DNA from: an uncultured Chloroflexia bacterium
GTDB lineage: Bacteria; Chloroflexota; Limnocylindria; Limnocylindrales; CSP1-4
Assembly (NCBI GenBank): GCA_963713975.1
Contig: OY970218.1
Location: forward strand, 1,600,001-1,664,000
Direction: 5' to 3'
DNA: 64,000 bases
Positions 58,069-64,000 of this stretch are shown piece after piece. The notes below the pieces were generated by a model. It ran no database searches, had not been told where the DNA came from, and saw only the letters and a list, made by a program, of their open reading frames with translations. How positions within the stretch are numbered: the first letter of the stretch is position 1; every line of letters starts with the position of its first letter. Position numbers and translations under genes: made by a program.

Positions 58069-58704
58069 TCAGCCCAGGGCGAGGATGTGCACCGCGATCG
58101 GGGGCGTGTCGGTGTACGTCTCCTCGGCCGCGACCATCTCGCCTGTCGGAACCCCGAGGGCCCTCGCGGCGGCGTCCGTCACGAGGGCGTACGGCCGTTG
58201 CCCGATGACCTCGCGCGCGTGGTTCTTGAGCAACCGGTGGACGATGTTGATGTCCGGCCCCAGCAGCTCCTCGCGGCCGGCGATCGATTGGGCCACGTAG
58301 TCCCCGTGGTGGAGGACGAACTTGAGATCCAGGCGCTCGATGCGCGCGCAGGCCGTGCACGTGCACGTCCACTCTGCGCCCGTAGCGGCCAACCGCTCGC
58401 GGAAGGACGCGTAGCAGGCCCTGAGACAGTCGAGCACCTCGGCCCCCTCCGGCAGGGCTTCGCTGGCGACCGCGAAGATCGCGTCGCCCTCGAACTTGGC
58501 GAGCCGGAAGGTGGGCGCGATCGCCACCACCATCGTGTCGAGGAGGTGCGACAGCACCGCGTACGCGTTGGGTGGCTCATCGGCGTCGACGATCAGCGCT
58601 CGGTGCGCCTCCGCCACGCCCTGCAGGAAGGCCGTGTAGCCGGTGATGTCGACAAGGAGCAGGGCGCCCCGCTGGCGGGACCCACCGGTGACGGGGCTGA
58701 GCAT
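58069..58704 (-). CDS. DUF2652 family protein (class III cyclase-like fold)
   Basis: LLVDITGYTAFL, KFEGDAIF, CTCTAC, LKFVLHHG, VHRLLKN. Confidence 0.88.
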   Translation of the reverse strand: MLSPVTGGSRQRGALLLVDITGYTAFLQGVAEAHRALIVDADEPPNAYAVLSHLLDTMVVAIAPTFRLAKFEGDAIFAVASEALPEGAEVLDCLRACYASFRERLAATGAEWTCTCTACARIERLDLKFVLHHGDYVAQSIAGREELLGPDINIVHRLLKNHAREVIGQRPYALVTDAAARALGVPTGEMVAAEETYTDTPPIAVHILALG

Positions 58705-58891
58705 CGCGGCATTGTCACACGGGGCGGCCTGGTGCGCGGAGCCCTGGTCTGGTGGCGGCTGCCGGGCCGGCTGACCAACGCCCGCGGGCGTCCATTGCGA
58801 GGATCGCCCACTTCGGGCGACGAACGACTGCACCAATGGCCTACCATGGCCGCTCTCATTCAAGCGTCCGATCAGGGGAGGGTGGCGAGGC

Positions 58892-60637
58892 ATGGCAGCG
58901 GCGACGACACGGGCGAAGCGGCGTCCATCGATGTTCCTGGGCGGCCTGCTGCCGTTCGATTCGGCGCGACTGCCGACCGATGTGATCGCCGGTGCCACCC
59001 TTGCCGCCTTGGCGATCCCCGAGGTGATGGGCTACACCAAGATCGCCGGCACGCCAGTGATCACCGGCCTGTACACCCTGCTCCTGCCGGTCCTGTTCTT
59101 CGCCCTCTTCGGCTCGTCGCGCCACCTGGTGGTGGGTGCGGATTCGGCGTCGGCCGCGATCCTCGCCACCGGGCTCGTGGCAATGGGCCAGGTCTCCGGG
59201 TCCACCGAGTACGTCGACATGACCTCGCTGGCCGCGCTCATGTGCGCGGTGCTGCTCATTGCCGCGCGACTGCTGAGGCTCGGGTTCATTGCAAACTTCC
59301 TCTCGCGGAGCGTGCTGATCGGGTTCCTCACCGGTGTGGGCATCCAGGTCGCCATGGGTCAGGTCGGCGGCATGTTCGGGATCGGCAGCCAGAGTGGCGG
59401 GACGATCCAGAAGTTCATCGAGACGATCCAGCTGATCCCCACCGAGACCAACGTCCCGACGCTCATCGTCTCCGTCTCCGTCCTCGCGGTCATCATCGGA
59501 CTGGGCAAGGTCAACAAGGCCATCCCCGGGGCGCTGATCGCGGTGGTCGGCGCCATTGTCGCCAGCTACGCGCTCGACCTCCAGGCCGACGGCGTGACCG
59601 TGCTCGGCACGGTGCCCGGCGGACTGCCTTCGCTCAGCCTGCCGACCGAGGTCATCACCCAGGCGAACATCGTGGCCCTGCTGCCGACGGTCGTCTCGCT
59701 GGTGATCGTCATCCTGGCCCAGAGCGCGGCCACGTCGCGTGCCTACGCCATGAAGTACGGCGACAGCTTCAACGAGAACGTCGACCTCGTCGGCCTCGGC
59801 ATGGCCAACATCGGGGCCGGCATCACCGGCACCTTCGTGGTCAACGGCAGCCCCACCAAGACCGAGATGGTCGATAGCGGCGGCGGACGCAGCCAGATCT
59901 CGCAGCTCACCGCGGGCGCGGTCGTGGCGTTCGTCCTGCTGTTCCTCACCGGTCCCCTTGCCTACATGCCCAACGCGGTCCTCGCGGCCGTGGTGTTCCT
60001 GATCGGCCTGCGGCTGATCGACTACCGCGGGATGGCCGCGATCCTGCACGTCCGACCGGGCGAGTTCGCCGTCGCGTTCGCGACCGCGGCGATCGTCGTC
60101 GTCATCGGCGTGGAGCAGGGGATCATCATCGCGATCGGGCTGTCGATCCTGGAGCACATCTACCACAGCTACCACCCGTACGACACGCTCCTGGCCCTGG
60201 CGGCGGACGGTTCCCCGGGCCCCGTGGCTCTCGCGGACCGGACCGAGGCACTGCCGGGCCTGGTCATGTACCGGTTCGGGGCCAGCCTCTACTACGCGAA
60301 CGGTTCCCGCTTCACCGAGGAGATCATGGACGTGGTCGAGGGCGCCGAGACGCCACTCCGCTGGCTGGGCGTCTCCGGCACGGTGATCGGCGACGTGGAC
60401 TTCTCGGGCGCCGACACGATCCGCCAGGTCCAAGAGGAGCTCGCCCGGACCGGGGTCACGTTCGCCATGTGCGATCTCGACCCGAAGGTCCGCGGGCAGC
60501 TCGACGCCTACGGCCTGACCGAGGTGATCGGGGCCGACCGGATCTTCCTCACCGCGGCCGACATGGTCGCGGCCTACCGTGCTTCCGGCGATGCGGCTGC
60601 CGCTCCGGCCCCGAGCCCGGCACCGGCCGACGGCTGA
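58892..60637 (+). CDS. SulP/SLC26 inorganic anion transporter with STAS domain
   Basis: DVIAGATLAALAIPEVMGY, FGSSRHLVVG, STAS SLYYAN...DVDFSG. Confidence 0.95.
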   Translation: MAAATTRAKRRPSMFLGGLLPFDSARLPTDVIAGATLAALAIPEVMGYTKIAGTPVITGLYTLLLPVLFFALFGSSRHLVVGADSASAAILATGLVAMGQVSGSTEYVDMTSLAALMCAVLLIAARLLRLGFIANFLSRSVLIGFLTGVGIQVAMGQVGGMFGIGSQSGGTIQKFIETIQLIPTETNVPTLIVSVSVLAVIIGLGKVNKAIPGALIAVVGAIVASYALDLQADGVTVLGTVPGGLPSLSLPTEVITQANIVALLPTVVSLVIVILAQSAATSRAYAMKYGDSFNENVDLVGLGMANIGAGITGTFVVNGSPTKTEMVDSGGGRSQISQLTAGAVVAFVLLFLTGPLAYMPNAVLAAVVFLIGLRLIDYRGMAAILHVRPGEFAVAFATAAIVVVIGVEQGIIIAIGLSILEHIYHSYHPYDTLLALAADGSPGPVALADRTEALPGLVMYRFGASLYYANGSRFTEEIMDVVEGAETPLRWLGVSGTVIGDVDFSGADTIRQVQEELARTGVTFAMCDLDPKVRGQLDAYGLTEVIGADRIFLTAADMVAAYRASGDAAAAPAPSPAPADG

Positions 60638-60645
60638 GCGAACTC

Positions 60646-61992
60646 GTGTCTCCGCTGCCGTCGCAGGACGAGCGCCGGGCAGCCGGTGAGGCTGCCCGGG
60701 CCCGGGTTCCGCTCGCCCTGCACGCGGCGTGGAAGCCGGGTCTGGATCGTCCAGACCCGGTCGCACTCCTCATCGAGCAGGCCACGACCCGAATCCCGGC
60801 CCTTGTCCCGGTTCGCCACGGTCGCATGGCGGTCTCGCCCCTCACGTACTACCGGGGGGCGGCCCTGTCGATGGCCGCGGATCTCGCCGGCACGCCCGCC
60901 AGCGGCGTCGTCGTCCAGCTCTGCGGCGACGCCCACCTCTCGAACTTCGGCCTGTTCGCGTCGCCGGAGCGGAACCTCGTCTTCGACATCAACGACTTCG
61001 ACGAGACCCTGCACGGTCCCTTCGAATGGGACGTCAAGCGCCTGGCCGCGAGCCTGGTCGTCGCCTGCCGGTCGCGCGGCTTCGACGAGCATGCCGCCCG
61101 GCACACCGTCCACCGCACGGTTCGTGCCTATTGCGACCGGATGACTGCCTACGCGGGGATGCGGGCGATCGACGTCTACTACGACCGGGTCGATGTCGAC
61201 GGGATCCTCGCCTACGTCGACAGGCGCGCCAGGCCCTTCCTTCAGGAGACGGTGAGGTCGGCCCGCCACCACGACGCCCTCCACGAGCTGCCGAAGCTCA
61301 CGGCGGTTGACGCTGATGGACATCGCAGCATCGTCGACCACCCGCCGGTGGTCACGCATCCCGCCGAGGCTACCCAGGAGCTGATCGGTGGCGCGCTGGC
61401 CAGCTATCACGACACCGTGACCGAGGACCGGCGGGTGCTCCTCGATCGCTATGAGCTGGTCGACGCCGCGCTCAAGGTCGTGGGGGTCGGCAGCGTGGGG
61501 CTGGGTGCCTTCATCGGCCTCCTCATGGCGGACGACACCGACCCGCTGTTCCTGCAGGTCAAGCAGGCCGAGGCGTCGGTGCTCGAGCGGTTCCTGACGC
61601 CGAGCCCCCTGCCGTCGCACGGAGCACGCGTCGTTGCCGGGCAGCGCCGGCTCCAGGCGGCCAGCGACATCCTGCTGGGCTGGACCGTGGGCGGGCAGGG
61701 CCGGCACTGGTATGTCCGCCAGCTCCAGGACCAGAAGGGTGGAGCCGTCGTCGACGTCATGACCCTGGAGGACCTGGTGGCATGGGGCGAGCTGTGCGCC
61801 TGGGCTCTGGCACGCGGCCACGCCCGATCCGGTCAGCCCGCCGAGATCGCTGGCTACCTGGGCGGTGACGATGCCTTCGACCGCGCCATCGGCGACTTCG
61901 CGGCCGCCTACGCGGACCAGAACGAGCGTGATTACACGGCCTTCACGGCCGCGATCGTGGCCGGGCGCGTGGAGGCCGAGCCCGGCGTCTGA
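60646..61992 (+). CDS. DUF2252 family protein (kinase-like fold)
   Basis: RHGRM..SP..YYRGAA, CGDAHLSNFG, FDINDFDE, KVVGVGSVG, YVRQL. Confidence 0.93.
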   Translation: MSPLPSQDERRAAGEAARARVPLALHAAWKPGLDRPDPVALLIEQATTRIPALVPVRHGRMAVSPLTYYRGAALSMAADLAGTPASGVVVQLCGDAHLSNFGLFASPERNLVFDINDFDETLHGPFEWDVKRLAASLVVACRSRGFDEHAARHTVHRTVRAYCDRMTAYAGMRAIDVYYDRVDVDGILAYVDRRARPFLQETVRSARHHDALHELPKLTAVDADGHRSIVDHPPVVTHPAEATQELIGGALASYHDTVTEDRRVLLDRYELVDAALKVVGVGSVGLGAFIGLLMADDTDPLFLQVKQAEASVLERFLTPSPLPSHGARVVAGQRRLQAASDILLGWTVGGQGRHWYVRQLQDQKGGAVVDVMTLEDLVAWGELCAWALARGHARSGQPAEIAGYLGGDDAFDRAIGDFAAAYADQNERDYTAFTAAIVAGRVEAEPGV

Positions 61993-62016
61993 TCGGCACT
62001 GGGCGCCGGCGAGCGC

Positions 62017-63246
62017 CTAGTCCAGGTCCACGCTCGAGAGCGTGCGCAGGCCGTGCTCGGCGATGGCCCGGTTCACCGCGTCGGGGACGGCCTGGTAGCC
62101 CTGCGTGAAGGCGCCGGGATCCTGGGCCAGGATGCGCATCGCGTGCGCCTGGAGGGCGAATCCCAGGTCCATGACCTCGATCTGGTGACCGGTCGCGGCC
62201 GTGAGGTTGAGCATTTCGCCCCGGGCGAGGAGGTGGACGCGACGGCCATTGGGCAGGTCGAACTCCTCCACGTGCGTGTTCACGTGGCGAGATCCGGTCG
62301 CGATGTCCCGCAGTGCGTCGACATCGATCTCGGTGGCGAAGTGCCCCATGTTCCCGAGCATCGCGCCGTCCTTGAGTCGCAGGAGCTGCTCCCGGCGGAT
62401 GACACCAGGGTGGCCGGTCACGGTGATCAGCGTGTCGGCACGCTCGGCGGCCCGGTCGATCGTGGTGACCTGCATGCCCTCGAACGCCGCCTCGAGGGCG
62501 CGCACCGGGTCTGTCTCCACCACGATGACGATCGCGCCCAGGGCGCGAAGCGTGCGCGCGAGGCTGCGGCCGCACCAGCCGAACCCGATCACCGCGAACG
62601 TCTTGCCGGCGATGAGCGCATTCGTGGCCCGCATGAACCCGTCCACCGCGGCCGGTCCGATGCCGCGCTCGCTCTCGAAGCTGAGCTTGATCGGGCTGTC
62701 GTTGATGACGATCACCGGGAACGGCACCCGCCCGGCCAGCTCGCCAACGATGCGGTTGCGGCCGGAGGTCGTCTCCTCGGTCGCCGCGGTGACCAACGAA
62801 GCGGGGTCGTTCACGCTCCCGGCGATGAGGTCCGCGCCGTTGTCCAGGAGGAGGTCGGGGGCGGCGCGCAGCACGCGTGCGATGTGCTCGCGATGGGCCG
62901 GCATGTCGTCGGCCTCGGCCGCGTAGACGCGAATGCCGTCACGCGACGCCATCGCCGCAGCCACGCCGTCGTCGGTTGTTGCGGGGCTGCCGGTCCAGGC
63001 GATCTCGGCGCCACCGGCGAGCAGCGTCTCCGCGAGCACCGCGGTCTTCGCCTCGACGTGGAGGCACATCCCGATGCGCCGACCCGCGAGCGGCCGGTCA
63101 CGCTCGAACTCGAGGCGCAGCCGTCCCAGCACCGGCATGTGCGAGCGAGCCCACGCAATTCGTGCGGCACCTCCGGCGGCCTGTCCGGGATCGGCAACGA
63201 AGCTGGCCTCGAGGCTGGAGAACGGGATCGGCGACGTTGATTCCAT
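62017..63246 (-). CDS. ahcY: Adenosylhomocysteinase-family protein (short, divergent)
   Basis: HMPVL, CLHVEAKT, EETTSG, GFGWCGR, GHFATEID, VMDLGFALQA. Confidence 0.85.
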   Translation of the reverse strand: MESTSPIPFSSLEASFVADPGQAAGGAARIAWARSHMPVLGRLRLEFERDRPLAGRRIGMCLHVEAKTAVLAETLLAGGAEIAWTGSPATTDDGVAAAMASRDGIRVYAAEADDMPAHREHIARVLRAAPDLLLDNGADLIAGSVNDPASLVTAATEETTSGRNRIVGELAGRVPFPVIVINDSPIKLSFESERGIGPAAVDGFMRATNALIAGKTFAVIGFGWCGRSLARTLRALGAIVIVVETDPVRALEAAFEGMQVTTIDRAAERADTLITVTGHPGVIRREQLLRLKDGAMLGNMGHFATEIDVDALRDIATGSRHVNTHVEEFDLPNGRRVHLLARGEMLNLTAATGHQIEVMDLGFALQAHAMRILAQDPGAFTQGYQAVPDAVNRAIAEHGLRTLSSVDLD

Positions 63247-63386
63247 GGCACCCCTTCCGGGCGAGTATAGGAGAGCGTCGGATGTCGCTTCCGTATCGGC
63301 GCCGGGTCAGGAGAACAGCGTCGGGTCTGGGCGTCGGGTGTCGTTCGGCCCCCGTTCACCGTGTCCGGCCATTGAAGGCTTGCGTC

Positions 63387-63709
63387 ATGACCGGTCGCGA
63401 GCGGGTCCTGGCGGCCTTCGATGGGCAGGAGCCGGATCGGGTCCCCCTGGCCCTCTCGTTCTTCCACGTCGACGGGGCGGAGCTGGCGCCGCCCGGTGCC
63501 GCGGGACGATCTCCTCGTCGACCTCGTCGAGCGCAAGGACATTGGCGCACTTCCTGCTGGACCGGCTGGCCGCCCTTGCACGGGACAACGCGGCGACCCT
63601 TGCGGCGGCGGGTGTCGATGTCGTGACCCTCGACGAAGATGTGGGCATGCTGGTCACGATGGTGTCAGCGACCATCGCAGCATTCCTGGAGGTGGGCGCG
63701 GCCGGATAG
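63387..63709 (+). pseudogene. Heavily deleted remnant of a uroporphyrinogen decarboxylase/MtaA-CmuA family gene
   Basis: MTGRERVLAAFDGQEPDRVP N-terminus, then out-of-frame AGVDVVTLDEDVG and ATIAAFLEV fragments. Confidence 0.7.
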
Positions 63710-63741
63710 GCCATAGCGCCGGTCTGGACTGCCTGAGGGCC

Positions 63742-64000
63742 TCAGGACTGTCGGAACGTCCGCATGGCGCCCGACACGGCGAGCAGCGTCCACCCGAGGA
63801 GGCCAGCTGCCGCCGCCACGGCTGCCACCGGGGCCAGGTTCGCACTCCACGCCCAGAGCGCGACCGCGATCGGGAGGGTCAGGATCCACACGATCACCGC
63901 CGCGACGGGCTCGAGGCTCGTGAGCCAGGTCCAGGTGTCCGCGAACAGGGCGCCGCCCGTGGCCAGGCCGACGGCGAGACCGACCCACATGGCCGCGAAC
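63742..64000 (-). CDS. Hypothetical membrane protein, 5' end beyond the window
   Basis: Hydrophobic open frame running off the right edge. Confidence 0.6.
   Translation of the reverse strand, partial: FAAMWVGLAVGLATGGALFADTWTWLTSLEPVAAVIVWILTLPIAVALWAWSANLAPVAAVAAAAGLLGWTLLAVSGAMRTFRQS

Noticed and set aside
61-64000. Numerous long alternative-frame and antisense ORFs rich in Arg/Pro/Gly (e.g. 2698-5850, 1461-4169, 39750-42194)
   Set aside because: Shadow ORFs expected at high GC; they overlap well-supported genes and have no motifs

Overview
A high-GC (roughly 70% by eye) bacterial chromosomal segment. Gene content and style suggest Chloroflexota, possibly Limnocylindria-like, or another actinobacteria-like lineage; this is inference only. 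It is mostly housekeeping, envelope and stress genes: an osmoprotectant ABC transporter, pntAAB, an ATP-dependent ligase, AlaX, SulP, glycosyltransferases and regulators. I see no CRISPR array, integrase, transposase, prophage or rRNA. The most notable items are: (1) an intact tRNA gene with the rare anticodon UAU (tRNA-Ile-UAU); (2) a single ~1,857-aa ORF fusing a complete MMPL/RND transporter to a complete YhgE/Pip-type protein, divergent from a TetR gene with three phased operator palindromes between them; (3) a signal-peptide-less protein with a peptidoglycan-binding domain and a lethal-factor/PPEP-like metalloprotease domain, carrying an eCIS-effector-like N-terminal motif and followed by a coupled small immunity-like gene; (4) several enzymes with altered catalytic motifs (a Cys-less rhodanese, a divergent AhcY, a circularly permuted N-methyltransferase); (5) pervasive leaderless and bidirectional -10 promoters; (6) three pseudogenes. 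All family calls come from motif recognition by eye, not from database searches.
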